DNA of 64,000 nt, from positions 32,001 to 96,000 of IMG/VR virus record IMGVR_UViG_3300045988_101454, one strand, 5' to 3'. Made by a program: the position numbers and the translations under genes. The notes below the pieces were generated by a model. The model saw only the letters and a program-made list of their open reading frames with translations. It ran no database searches and was not told the origin of the DNA. Origin of the DNA: a virus. Shown piece by piece: positions 45,411 through 54,903 of this stretch (positions within the stretch are counted from its first letter, which is position 1; each line of letters starts with the position of its first letter).

Positions 45411-45948
45411 ACAATATGTATTTTATATCCTCGTACATAGCCATTTCCACCTTCTCGCCATCGAAATGACCGAGTGCAAGCAGATGCCCGTCTTCTTTAG
45501 TAGCGTCTTGAATTGAGGGTGCATCTGCTCTCACAACGAAGATGTCAAAATCCTTGATAAACTTGAGCTGTTCAAGTGGGATTATAGGCATCTGCTCACG
45601 AGCGTTCTGACGAATACGTTGAAGGTCTTCTTTGGTGAGCATAGCGAACTGAGCCTGTGCCTTACGCACAGCTTCGGTCTCCACCTTCAGACGATGAGCT
45701 TCGTAGGCTTCTTGAGCGATGTTATTGTTCTGCCACATGGCCACCTGGTTGAGAAACTTCAAAAAGCCGCTTCTTCCTTCGGCTAATTTCAATTTTACCA
45801 GAGATTCTTCAATGACAAGTATCTTATCTCGGCGCTGCCAATGTATCAGCCCGTGACGTTCAAACTCATTGAGGATTGCCGAGATAGCAGATAAGTCGCG
45901 CAACTCTTGCAACTTATTTTGCTTGTTTCTTTTAAATGGATTCCACAT
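45391..45948 (-). CDS. Hypothetical protein
   Basis: 185 aa ORF. Confidence 0.55.
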   Translation of the reverse strand: MWNPFKRNKQNKLQELRDLSAISAILNEFERHGLIHWQRRDKILVIEESLVKLKLAEGRSGFLKFLNQVAMWQNNNIAQEAYEAHRLKVETEAVRKAQAQFAMLTKEDLQRIRQNAREQMPIIPLEQLKFIKDFDIFVVRADAPSIQDATKEDGHLLALGHFDGEKVEMAMYEDIKYILYDRSES

Positions 45949-46190
45949 ATATATATTGTTTTAAGTTTATAATTCTGTTGAAAAATTCCTCTATCCTCAC
46001 GGACCGAAGAACTAAAAAATCTCATAATAGTTTTACAAAAAACGCATACGGCATATTCTCACGAACAAGCCGAATAATAATAATCTTGAACAAAAAGTTC
46101 TTTTAACACTTATATGGTTTCACTAAACCTTTTAGCCATGAATTTAAAATCCTTCAAATAACATAATAAAGAAAAAACAAATTGTATGTA

Positions 46191-46502
46191 TTAATGCGTA
46201 ATAAATCTCGTGCCGTCTACTTCCAGCACAAGTATATCGTTGACAACCCTTATTTCACCACTCTCGACGAACTGCACCTTGCGCTGATGGCGGTCGATGT
46301 CTACGGCGAGGCATACGCATGTACCGATGTCTACGTGTCCCGTCTTGGTGAGAAACTTGATGTAGAACGGCATACGCTGCACGTTCCTGGCTGTCTGCGG
46401 CGGATTAAAACCCGTGACCCGGCATCCCGTGCGAGGGTCATTCCACTGCCATTTCTCCATATATCGGCGAAGCTCGGTGTATGATTGTGTGGGTTGTCTC
46501 AT
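46191..46502 (-). CDS. Hypothetical protein
   Basis: 103 aa ORF. Confidence 0.5.
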   Translation of the reverse strand: MRQPTQSYTELRRYMEKWQWNDPRTGCRVTGFNPPQTARNVQRMPFYIKFLTKTGHVDIGTCVCLAVDIDRHQRKVQFVESGEIRVVNDILVLEVDGTRFITH

Positions 46503-46504
46503 TG

Positions 46505-47140
46505 TTATTCTTCTTTAAATGGCGGAAACTCAAGGTGTATGAACCTGTCTATTTCCTTATCCTTTATCAGTTTCACGCCTCCGGCAAACAGTTTCTTGCG
46601 CTGACGCAGAACGTCGGGGAAGAGGATGTTGCGTAGTGAGTTACCCCAATCGCTTGTAGAGTTAAGCAGATGTGAGGGATGGAACACGAGGGTGTAGGAC
46701 ACGAGAGCCTTCTCGGTTTGCGGACGATCGAACATCGGTCCGTTGAGTGTCAGGGCGCGGTCTTTGTTGTAGAGCACCATGTGACTACTGTAATAACTCA
46801 CGTTGTCGCTCTGTGCGAAAATGATGCGGTCGGCATATTCGCCCAGATGCTTATGCAACAGCGAGTCGCATGAGTAGAGGGTGGATAGTACGAGGTGGGT
46901 TATCCATCCTCGCTCAAAGCATTGCTCCAGGAGAAGAAATGTCTCCAGTTTGGGGCAAGGCATAGTGAGCACCATAACGTGAGGGTCAATCACGAGGTGG
47001 CTCACTGCCTTGTAGAATTTCTCCACCGTCACGTCGCCATGCGTGTAGAACGTAAGCTGACGGTGTGGTGCCTGGTTGACAGCCTTGGGCAGCTTATTGT
47101 CTACGCAGCAAGGCGGTATGAATAGTAGAGTATCGTCCAT
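46505..47140 (-). CDS. Hypothetical protein
   Basis: 211 aa ORF. Confidence 0.55.
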   Translation of the reverse strand: MDDTLLFIPPCCVDNKLPKAVNQAPHRQLTFYTHGDVTVEKFYKAVSHLVIDPHVMVLTMPCPKLETFLLLEQCFERGWITHLVLSTLYSCDSLLHKHLGEYADRIIFAQSDNVSYYSSHMVLYNKDRALTLNGPMFDRPQTEKALVSYTLVFHPSHLLNSTSDWGNSLRNILFPDVLRQRKKLFAGGVKLIKDKEIDRFIHLEFPPFKEE

Positions 47141-47182
47141 TTAATTATTAATTATTAATTATTAATTATTAGTTATTAATTA
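47141..47182. repeat. Heptanucleotide microsatellite (TTAATTA)x6
   Basis: Six tandem 7-mers, one of them the variant TTAGTTA. They exactly fill the gap between the clamp stop and the next start. Confidence 0.9.
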
Positions 47183-48370
47183 ATCATCAAGCACCATCGG
47201 CATCACAAGCGTCATTACTTTAGGCGCAGGGGTATCGGCGGTGAGCACTACGGCGTGCGTAGAATCAAGCAACTGCATACGTATGGTGTCTGAAGGGATT
47301 GAGTTGATGCAGACTTGAACGGCAGTAGATTTTAGTCCGATGAAGAACTTGTCGGGACATTCCGAGTTGGATATGAACACCTGATCTTCACCCGACATGG
47401 CAAAGTCTACATCGCTTGCCGACACGTTGATGAACTTGCCGTTCTTCTCTATCTTTACCAGATTACTTGCGCTGCTTGAGAACAGACTGACACGACGCAG
47501 GATGTCTATCATTTCCTTCTTGTTGAACACAACATAGTAGGGGTTTGACTTCGGTATCACGCTGCCGTAATTAGGGTATCTGCCTTCCATGTGTTTGCAG
47601 ATAAGTTCGGTGTCGCCCGACGAGAAGCGTATGGTGTGGCCGTCGTTCTCGATGCTGATGTCTTCGCATCCATCGAAGGCGGACAATGTGCGGAAGTAGT
47701 TGCGGTGGATAAGCGTCTTGCAAGGTTCACCTTTACGGAAGAAGTCGCTACCTCCCTTCTGCGGGTCGTTATTGTGCGTTATCTTGGTAAGGATGTGTCC
47801 GTCGGTGGCTGCAAAAATTACTTCCGAACGGTCGTCGGCAATGTCTACACACAGACTGGATAGCGTAGGGCGAAGCTCGTTTATCTGCACGAACTTATCG
47901 GTGGTATCTATCACGGAACGGAACAACTGACCGGGCAGACTGATGATTGTCGATTTCTCACTATTGGGCAGCACCATCTGCGGATAGTCCTCGCCTGAGA
48001 AATACACCATACTTGCCTTGCCCGACTTAACGCTATCGCCACTGCCGGTGCAATACTCTACGGTGAACGTCTGACCGTCATATACCACTTCGATCGTGAC
48101 AACACAGTCGGGCAAAGTACCTAACAGCGAACTGAGCATCTTGATGGGCAACACTATCGGCTTGTCGAACTTGCCGCCACACAGAGTGAGTGGTGCAGGG
48201 ATAGTGAGCTGCGCTTCGGTGGTGGATGATGTAAGGAAGAACTGACCGCCTTCGTTACGTGTCAACAGCACATTGTCGAGAATGGCTATTGTATTCTTGG
48301 AGCCGATACACTTTGCCGACTTGTTGAGAGCAGAGTGGAGGGCGCGGGATGATTGAGCTTGAAGTTTCAT
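47180..48370 (-). CDS. dnaN: DNA polymerase III beta sliding clamp
   Basis: 396 aa with AILDNVLL, RPTLSSLCVD, AATDGHILT and GRYPNYGSVIP. Confidence 0.85.
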   Translation of the reverse strand: MKLQAQSSRALHSALNKSAKCIGSKNTIAILDNVLLTRNEGGQFFLTSSTTEAQLTIPAPLTLCGGKFDKPIVLPIKMLSSLLGTLPDCVVTIEVVYDGQTFTVEYCTGSGDSVKSGKASMVYFSGEDYPQMVLPNSEKSTIISLPGQLFRSVIDTTDKFVQINELRPTLSSLCVDIADDRSEVIFAATDGHILTKITHNNDPQKGGSDFFRKGEPCKTLIHRNYFRTLSAFDGCEDISIENDGHTIRFSSGDTELICKHMEGRYPNYGSVIPKSNPYYVVFNKKEMIDILRRVSLFSSSASNLVKIEKNGKFINVSASDVDFAMSGEDQVFISNSECPDKFFIGLKSTAVQVCINSIPSDTIRMQLLDSTHAVVLTADTPAPKVMTLVMPMVLDD

Positions 48371-48402
48371 AAGTTTTGAGTTTTCTGTTGTTTCGATATT
48401 CT

Positions 48403-49011
48403 TTAGAACGGCAAATCCTCGTCTTCCGCCGGATTATAACCGCCAAGGTCTACGCCGCTTGATTCTGCCGGTGCCACATAGCCGGTGGCTGCACCTGCTA
48501 CGCCTACATTCGGTGTAGCATAAGGCGACGGCTGCTGTGTGGGCTGTGGTTGGTAGAGCATAGCCAGTCGCTTGTTCAGACGCTGACGGATAGCCTTAAA
48601 GAGGTGGGTGTTCTCGTCGGTTGGGTCTTGGCTCACGATGTCAGGGTCACGTTCCTTGTTTGCCTCCTTCACCTGCTCCACGAGCTTAGGGTATTTCTTT
48701 ACCGCTACCTTGACGAAATCTACAGAGAAAGACATCTGCATTTCGTGTGTGGGAACAGTAACGTTTGTGTCGCCACGCTCCATTGCCGAACGACGCACGG
48801 TGTTTTTGTAGTTCTCGTTCAGTGGCCAGATATTCACACGCATCTTCGCCAGTGTGCGGTCGGGCTTCTGCGGATGCTGCTCCACTTTTATTTCGTTCAA
48901 GTCTGCCGGGATGCAGACGTACACTCGTTCGGGGTTGTTCTTGTCGATACCCTTGAATACCTGCGCTCCGTTTAGAGAGAGCAGGTCAATGTTGCCGTTG
49001 TAACTTGCCAT
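48403..49011 (-). CDS. Single-stranded DNA-binding-like protein with SSB-type acidic tip
   Basis: 202 aa with a Pro/Gln/Gly-rich linker. The C-terminus (AEDEDLPF) resembles the DDDIPF tip of bacterial SSB. Confidence 0.55.
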   Translation of the reverse strand: MASYNGNIDLLSLNGAQVFKGIDKNNPERVYVCIPADLNEIKVEQHPQKPDRTLAKMRVNIWPLNENYKNTVRRSAMERGDTNVTVPTHEMQMSFSVDFVKVAVKKYPKLVEQVKEANKERDPDIVSQDPTDENTHLFKAIRQRLNKRLAMLYQPQPTQQPSPYATPNVGVAGAATGYVAPAESSGVDLGGYNPAEDEDLPF

Positions 49012-49050
49012 TTTGTTTATAGTTTTTATTTGTTTATTTATGTTTACCGT

Positions 49051-49285
49051 TTAATATAATCTCGCCCTGCTATCGCTCATATCATCCATCGTGCGCACCT
49101 TATACCATTTCTTCACTCGGTTCTTCGGCGCATACACCTTTGAAAGCCCGATAAAGCTGCTGCAAGCGAGGTGCAGAGGACTGATGTTGCCGCCGAACAG
49201 CGGGGAACTCTGCTCCCTGCAACTACATTTTATGTGGTTGTAAGAAATGCAGTTTTCGCATCTGGGGGGGGGTGAATGTTCGCAT
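49051..49285 (-). pseudogene. Cys-rich small protein (78 codons if G8), out of frame at a G9 tract
   Basis: ATG at 49283-49285 gives MRTFTPP and then stops early. G8 would give ...PPRCENCISYNHIKCSCREQSSPLFGGNISPLHLACSSF...KKWYKVRTMDDMSDSRARLY. Confidence 0.4.
49264..49272. repeat. G9 homopolymer at codons 6-8 of the Cys-rich small ORF
   Basis: Sequence is catct + 9 G + tgaatg. Confidence 0.9.
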
Positions 49286-49296
49286 ATCGTTTTGTT

Positions 49297-49530
49297 TTAT
49301 TTACATTCTACTTTAGAAAAAGAAGGGCGTAGCACTTCATAATACTCTATTTGTTCAATGTCATCAACAGAATAACTCTCGGTGCAATATTCTTCAAAGT
49401 ACTTGCAGGGTTCTTTCCCTATTGGATAGTCTATGATATATTTTCCTTCTGCATCAATCTTATCATAGTCTATATAGCGACCTTTACATGGTGTAAACTT
49501 TTCAAAAATTTTAGGAGTGAATACCAACAA
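49297..49530 (-). CDS. Hypothetical protein
   Basis: 77 aa ORF. Confidence 0.45.
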   Translation of the reverse strand: MLVFTPKIFEKFTPCKGRYIDYDKIDAEGKYIIDYPIGKEPCKYFEEYCTESYSVDDIEQIEYYEVLRPSFSKVECK

Positions 49531-49534
49531 AGCA

Positions 49535-49726
49535 TCAGGACAGACAATCCCCCTTCAATCGGCGAAAATCCTTTTTAGCCTGTTCCATGCCACCAATTCC
49601 AAAACAGAATCCCTTTGCCGTGCTTGCCGTACCACGTTTCTTGCTGTGGTCGGTAGTATTCTTTAATGTCTCTCTATGAAACAACTTAGCTATCTCAACA
49701 GAAGACATGTAACGGTATAATTTCAT
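49535..49726 (-). CDS. Hypothetical protein
   Basis: 63 aa ORF. Confidence 0.4.
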   Translation of the reverse strand: MKLYRYMSSVEIAKLFHRETLKNTTDHSKKRGTASTAKGFCFGIGGMEQAKKDFRRLKGDCLS

Positions 49727-49759
49727 AATCTATCTTTGTTAAAGATTAAACATATACGC

Positions 49760-50605
49760 CTACTCCTCCACAGCCAACTTCAACTTTTCCTGCTCGATAT
49801 ACTCATTGCAGTACTCAGCAGGGACATAGGTATGTGCATAGAACTGTGTGGCTCCAATCACGCGAAGAGTCTCGCGCTCGTTCAGTATCGTGCGATAATA
49901 GTGTTTGATATAATCGAACACGATGTTCTTGGCTGTTACCACATCATAAGCCCATACCACGAACATATCCTTTGTATGTACGCCAGCTTTCGACCTGGTA
50001 TTCTCTGGCTCATACATCTCGGTATCAATGAACGAAGCCTTAACCTTGAACGGCTCTTTTACAGGAGCATCTGCATCTTTTTCGAGTTCAGCTTCCTCCT
50101 GTTCAATGTCTTCTTTTGTGCGACCGATAAAATGAATACCTTCTATTATCTCCGACTTAGCGACATATATTGACTCGGCACCCTCTGTCTTAAAAATTTC
50201 GTTTACAGCGCCCTCTGCGTAATCGGCTGCAAGATTTTGTGCTCCTCGCAAAGAATCGCTGCGCACAATAAGTACGGCGTTATCTCCCAAACCATTGCGC
50301 ACCATCACCTTGATTGGCATAATCCTATTGAACAAAGTTGACTCCTTAGCACGATGCGGAACGTCCGTTATCACTACCTCCTCGATTTTATTATTTTTCA
50401 ATTCTTCGAGAACTTTGTCAGTAACCATACATCCTCGATGCGCAATATTCTCAGCACGCTCTATAACGACGTTCTGCTGAGTGTCCTCGTCAATAAAGGT
50501 CTCGTTCCATACTCGGTTTGCTGGCTCCGCCAAATAATGACCTACTGCTTCTGCTACTGGCACTACCTTAGTCTGATAATCCTTTCTAAGCATTATTTTC
50601 TTCAT
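49760..50605 (-). CDS. Hypothetical protein
   Basis: 281 aa ORF. Confidence 0.6.
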   Translation of the reverse strand: MKKIMLRKDYQTKVVPVAEAVGHYLAEPANRVWNETFIDEDTQQNVVIERAENIAHRGCMVTDKVLEELKNNKIEEVVITDVPHRAKESTLFNRIMPIKVMVRNGLGDNAVLIVRSDSLRGAQNLAADYAEGAVNEIFKTEGAESIYVAKSEIIEGIHFIGRTKEDIEQEEAELEKDADAPVKEPFKVKASFIDTEMYEPENTRSKAGVHTKDMFVVWAYDVVTAKNIVFDYIKHYYRTILNERETLRVIGATQFYAHTYVPAEYCNEYIEQEKLKLAVEE

Positions 50606-50640
50606 ACTCTATAAATGTTTAAGTTATACTTTCAGTCTAA

Positions 50641-53600
50641 TTAAAACGGCATATCCTCTTCCTTAACATCCGGCGCAACAGCCGTGGGTGTTGTAGCTGC
50701 AGGTGCCGACATTCGCCTACCCTGCTTGCGTGTCTTGTTGTTCTCCCAACGTTCTTTCTCCTCATCGGTGAGCTGTACGATATTACCGCCATCGTCGCGG
50801 TATGGCAGCGGGTCGGGCTGTTCGGCAAAGGCTTTTGCTATGCGCTTGAGCTCTCGGTAATCCTTTGGTATTGCGTCCTTGCCAGGGCGGTAGAAGAAGA
50901 ACACGTGCTTTGACGTTTGCATGTAGCGGATGAACTTCGGCTCAATGGTGTTGTCGTTTTCCCACTCACGACCAGTGAAGTATTCCTGCGTCACCCACGC
51001 CTGTAGCTTGAAGCACTTTCGCTGCTTATCGCTCTCGTTCTCGAAGAGGTGCTTCGGGTTGCAAGTGATAGACATATTCTCGCAATAGTCGTATATCTTC
51101 TTCTTGAAGGTGGCTCGGCTATACTCCTTACTCTTACCTTCTGAAGCATCCGCCCAGTCGCGCATAAACTCGTTGAACATATCATCCGTACATATCGGCA
51201 CACCATAAACCTCGTTGCGAGAAAAGAACCACTCGAAGTAGCGGACAATGCTCTCGGTGAGCTTCTGCACCATCTGACGGCGACGCACATTGCCTTGAGG
51301 TGCAATGGCAAAAGTGTGATAGCGCATCAGGAACTGCACTGCTAAGGCGCAGAGATAGATAGTCTGGTTGCGGTCGGTGTCGGTGAGCTTTGCAGGGTCA
51401 AGCGTGAAGTTCTTCATCACGTCCGAAGGCGATCGTGGCGGCTCGTTTTTCATAGAGTTGCCTCGTGAGAAGCGATCTGAAAAACTAACCAAGGGGAATC
51501 GACCTACGGTAGAGCCTTCATCATCCGACAATGGGTAATTGGATGTAATGACGTGCAAGGGCGATTCTTCCATTTTCAGGGAGATAGGATCGCCATACTT
51601 GCGCTCTACATTAGTGCCTCGTGTCACCTTCACATAGAAGTATTGCAAGGGGAAACCTTTAGGTCGGTCTTCCCAATGTACCGTTCTGTACTTGCCTGGA
51701 TATTTCAGAATGTCGGTAAGGCAGTTTTTTGCGCTTTCAATATCCTTAAACGACTTCATATCTATAGGCAGCACGTTTACGGCTGCATCCACCACAAGAT
51801 TTACCATTACCGATTTACCACTACCGCCACTCGCCTGCTTCTCGTCAGGAATCTTATCCTCAAGAAAGTAAGGGCAGATATTCTGCATACTATCCCATGA
51901 ACGATAGCACAAACGCCCGATACCGGAAAGCATATTGGCAAAGTGTGCATTTTGTATAGCTATTGCATCAGGCGTAAGCGACTTCTTATTGCGCTGGGCT
52001 TCCAATTCTTCTTGCCAAAGCACGTTTGAACAACCGCGCACCACGCGAAGTATGGGCCATAGGTCTTGCTCGCGCTTGCTGCGCCACTCTACCAGCCATC
52101 GGTAGGTCTGCGCCCACTCCATAAGGTCGGAACGCATCTGCTTGATTTCTGATAGAGAGAACACCGGCGAACCGTCCTCATTTCTCATTGCCTCTTTGGT
52201 ATCAATAGACCGAAGCCTACTCTGATATTCCTCGTTTTCCTTAATAACGAAAGGAGGATCGAACACTCGCATCGTGAAGTCATACGGCTTCTTGGCGAGC
52301 GAGGGGATGAAGAAGTTGATGTCGTCGTAAGACACCGTGCGGATGCTGTCGGGCGTTATCTTCAATGCCACATTATTGAAGTAGAAATACTCTGTCTTGG
52401 CATCGAACGCATCAGCAAAGTTTATCACCATACTCTGCAAACCTCCCGCAGACTTCTCGTTAAACGTCTTGTCTATCATGTTTGCGCAATCGGACATCAT
52501 ACGTCGCTCATTGTCGTTGTGCCGCCAAGCCTGTTCCACATAGTCCATCAATAGAGTTTTTGCAGCTTGCATTATGCTCTTTGCGTCGATATACTCCACA
52601 AAACATTTGTTCAGGTGGATATATTGGCCCACGAGGTCGGTGCTCTCCGGGTCTATCATACGATAATAACCGTGACAAGTCATAAAGAGCCATAATCTTG
52701 TGGGCGACACCTTGCAGGTAGGCGGCTTTAGTTTTCCACTTCGAGGGTCACGCGGATATTCTATCTCAAATGGCTCCGTGTTTCTTGCTCCACGCAATCG
52801 GGAGTAAAGCGGAAGGCGAAGGTCATGATCAAACTGAAAGTTTTCTTCAGCGTTCATGGTATATGTCAACAGATAGTCGCGCACCGACCTTGGGGAACAT
52901 CCGAACAGCCATTGCCAGCGTCGGCAATAACGTGAGCGGAAACCTTCGGGCAGCATTGCATAATACAATGAACTAAACTTGGTGCATATAGCTCCACAGT
53001 CGCGCTGTGAGGCTATGTCGTTGGGGTATAGGATAATGACGTGCTCGGCAAAGCGGTTTAATTTCTGATATTGCCCGGCTTTAAAGTCGAGTTTCTCCAG
53101 CTTCCACTCGCCACGCTCAATATACCAAAAGCTTCTCCGTCCAATGGAGAAGGCCACATGATACCAACAGTAATTTTGGAAGTGCTGGTCTTCTGCCTTG
53201 TCAAGGCGCAAGGAACGCATAGCATAATACACGCTCAATGCGTCTTCGGGTGTGCGGCAAAAAACGATGTTGCGAGCCTTTATCTCGGCGGTGGGGATTT
53301 TTTCATCCACCTTTTTGAACGTACCTTTCGGTACTCCGTCCTTGGTCTCATTCTCTTCCCACACCTCCTTGGTCTCAGTATATTTCTCTTCGGGGTCGTA
53401 CTTTGCAATGGCCGCATGAACGGCTGTGTTGTCGCTCTTGCGCTGATCCATCGCATATACAAACACATTGTCGCCCATGAGCCACTTACTCACCTTCCTC
53501 ACGCTATGCTCCTCGGCGGTAGAGAACACTATCGGGTCACTCCCTGCCATTGCCGGACGGAAGAAACATCCGTATGAATTTTGCGGACCTATCTCTTGCG

Positions 53601-54306
53601 AGGCGAAGCATACGAACAGCGGATTCCAGGGTGTGCCATGGATTATCTCGCTCACATGCTGTCCGTCGCGTATCACGTCGGGCAGCGTCACGCTCAGCAG
53701 GGAGTATATGCGGAAGTCCTTGTTGAGCATGTCAGGTGTAAACGTACAGCCAAAGCCGAAACGAGGCAATCCTTTATCAAGCGTCACCTCACACCCAAGG
53801 GCTGCAAGCTCTTGTGGCGAGAAGTCGGTCTTCGGCATAAAAGAGAACGTCTCGATGGTCTGCTGCGCCTGAGTACGGTAGTCCATGCGAGCAAACACCT
53901 CTGGGAAGGCACGGCGCACCTCGTCGGTATCGCCATACACGTCCCTTACGAGTCTTTGGCAGATGCGCTGAAGACTATATCCGTGCATCGGAAGGTTCAT
54001 CTTGACTGCATACAGCTCGATGGCTCCGTAGCCGGTCTTACCAGTGCGGGTGCATTTCCATTTTACGGCACCATGTTCTGCCAATCGGTTGTCATCAACG
54101 CCCACGCCCGAATACAGTCCACCTCGTTCATTCTCATAGATAATGAAGTGAGGTGTCTGCTTGACATCGGCATCCGCGTCCTGTCCCTTCTTGCAGATAG
54201 GACAGAAGCACGCGGTCTGACCCTCGATGCGCTGCTCGTTTGCGGGCTTCACGAGAAGGTGCAGGTCGATGTTGGCGAGGCGATTTATGATAGGATGATA
54301 GAACAT
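50641..54306 (-). CDS. Primase-helicase (Zn-ribbon N-terminus, P-loop NTPase)
   Basis: 1221 aa with CFCPICKKGQD and Walker A ASGGSGKSV. The C-terminal tail is VKEEDMPF. Confidence 0.7.
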   Translation of the reverse strand: MFYHPIINRLANIDLHLLVKPANEQRIEGQTACFCPICKKGQDADADVKQTPHFIIYENERGGLYSGVGVDDNRLAEHGAVKWKCTRTGKTGYGAIELYAVKMNLPMHGYSLQRICQRLVRDVYGDTDEVRRAFPEVFARMDYRTQAQQTIETFSFMPKTDFSPQELAALGCEVTLDKGLPRFGFGCTFTPDMLNKDFRIYSLLSVTLPDVIRDGQHVSEIIHGTPWNPLFVCFASQEIGPQNSYGCFFRPAMAGSDPIVFSTAEEHSVRKVSKWLMGDNVFVYAMDQRKSDNTAVHAAIAKYDPEEKYTETKEVWEENETKDGVPKGTFKKVDEKIPTAEIKARNIVFCRTPEDALSVYYAMRSLRLDKAEDQHFQNYCWYHVAFSIGRRSFWYIERGEWKLEKLDFKAGQYQKLNRFAEHVIILYPNDIASQRDCGAICTKFSSLYYAMLPEGFRSRYCRRWQWLFGCSPRSVRDYLLTYTMNAEENFQFDHDLRLPLYSRLRGARNTEPFEIEYPRDPRSGKLKPPTCKVSPTRLWLFMTCHGYYRMIDPESTDLVGQYIHLNKCFVEYIDAKSIMQAAKTLLMDYVEQAWRHNDNERRMMSDCANMIDKTFNEKSAGGLQSMVINFADAFDAKTEYFYFNNVALKITPDSIRTVSYDDINFFIPSLAKKPYDFTMRVFDPPFVIKENEEYQSRLRSIDTKEAMRNEDGSPVFSLSEIKQMRSDLMEWAQTYRWLVEWRSKREQDLWPILRVVRGCSNVLWQEELEAQRNKKSLTPDAIAIQNAHFANMLSGIGRLCYRSWDSMQNICPYFLEDKIPDEKQASGGSGKSVMVNLVVDAAVNVLPIDMKSFKDIESAKNCLTDILKYPGKYRTVHWEDRPKGFPLQYFYVKVTRGTNVERKYGDPISLKMEESPLHVITSNYPLSDDEGSTVGRFPLVSFSDRFSRGNSMKNEPPRSPSDVMKNFTLDPAKLTDTDRNQTIYLCALAVQFLMRYHTFAIAPQGNVRRRQMVQKLTESIVRYFEWFFSRNEVYGVPICTDDMFNEFMRDWADASEGKSKEYSRATFKKKIYDYCENMSITCNPKHLFENESDKQRKCFKLQAWVTQEYFTGREWENDNTIEPKFIRYMQTSKHVFFFYRPGKDAIPKDYRELKRIAKAFAEQPDPLPYRDDGGNIVQLTDEEKERWENNKTRKQGRRMSAPAATTPTAVAPDVKEEDMPF

Positions 54307-54328
54307 GATTGCTATTATTGTTAAAAAA

Positions 54329-54456
54329 GAAAGACCGACGGTGATGTTCCCTGGTACTCAACAAAGCAGTCGCTCCGAGGCGTTCAACTCCATATACGAC
54401 TGGTGCCCAAATACTACGGGACGTTGCCGTTCCCATCATCGCCGCCAAGGTCTTTC
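54329..54456 (-). promoter_or_regulatory. 128-nt structured element upstream of the primase-helicase gene
   Basis: A long-range helix pairs GAAAGACC..CGGTGATG (54329-54346) with CATCGCCG..GGTCTTTC (54437-54456). It encloses local hairpins CAGTCG/CGACTG and GGGACG..CGTTCCC, and U6 follows on the minus strand. Confidence 0.45.
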
Positions 54457-54486
54457 CTATTTTATTTTTACTTTTACATTTGTTAT

Positions 54487-54903
54487 TTATAAATTCAGAA
54501 ACGTCTCCGTGCGGAAGTGCCGGACGGTGCAGTTAGCCAAGCTCTTCATACAACTAATCAGCATCAGCACGAAATCCTTGAACGAAATGAAGCTCTCTTT
54601 GAGACCGATTATCTCCACAGCCACACGCCAATAGCATTTACCGTTTTTCACTCGGCAGGAATGCTCATTTCTTACTATTATATTCCCTACATTGCCCTGC
54701 ATCATCGTGAACAACTTCTGACACACATCCTTCACTAAGGCGAATGGAGCGTGAAAGAGCAGCACCTTGTTGTCGCTGTCATAATTGCGCACTATTTCGG
54801 TATAGGCTATGCGGTGCAGATATTCCCGATGCGTATGCCGTCCTTGCTTTTTGTTCTGGCGGTTGGGAATATAGGGATAGTTCAGATACTCGTGGTTAGG
54901 CAT
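54487..54903 (-). CDS. Hypothetical protein
   Basis: I prefer the ATG at 54901-54903 (MPNHEYLNYPY...). TAATG overlaps the exonuclease stop. Confidence 0.5.
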   Translation of the reverse strand: MPNHEYLNYPYIPNRQNKKQGRHTHREYLHRIAYTEIVRNYDSDNKVLLFHAPFALVKDVCQKLFTMMQGNVGNIIVRNEHSCRVKNGKCYWRVAVEIIGLKESFISFKDFVLMLISCMKSLANCTVRHFRTETFLNL

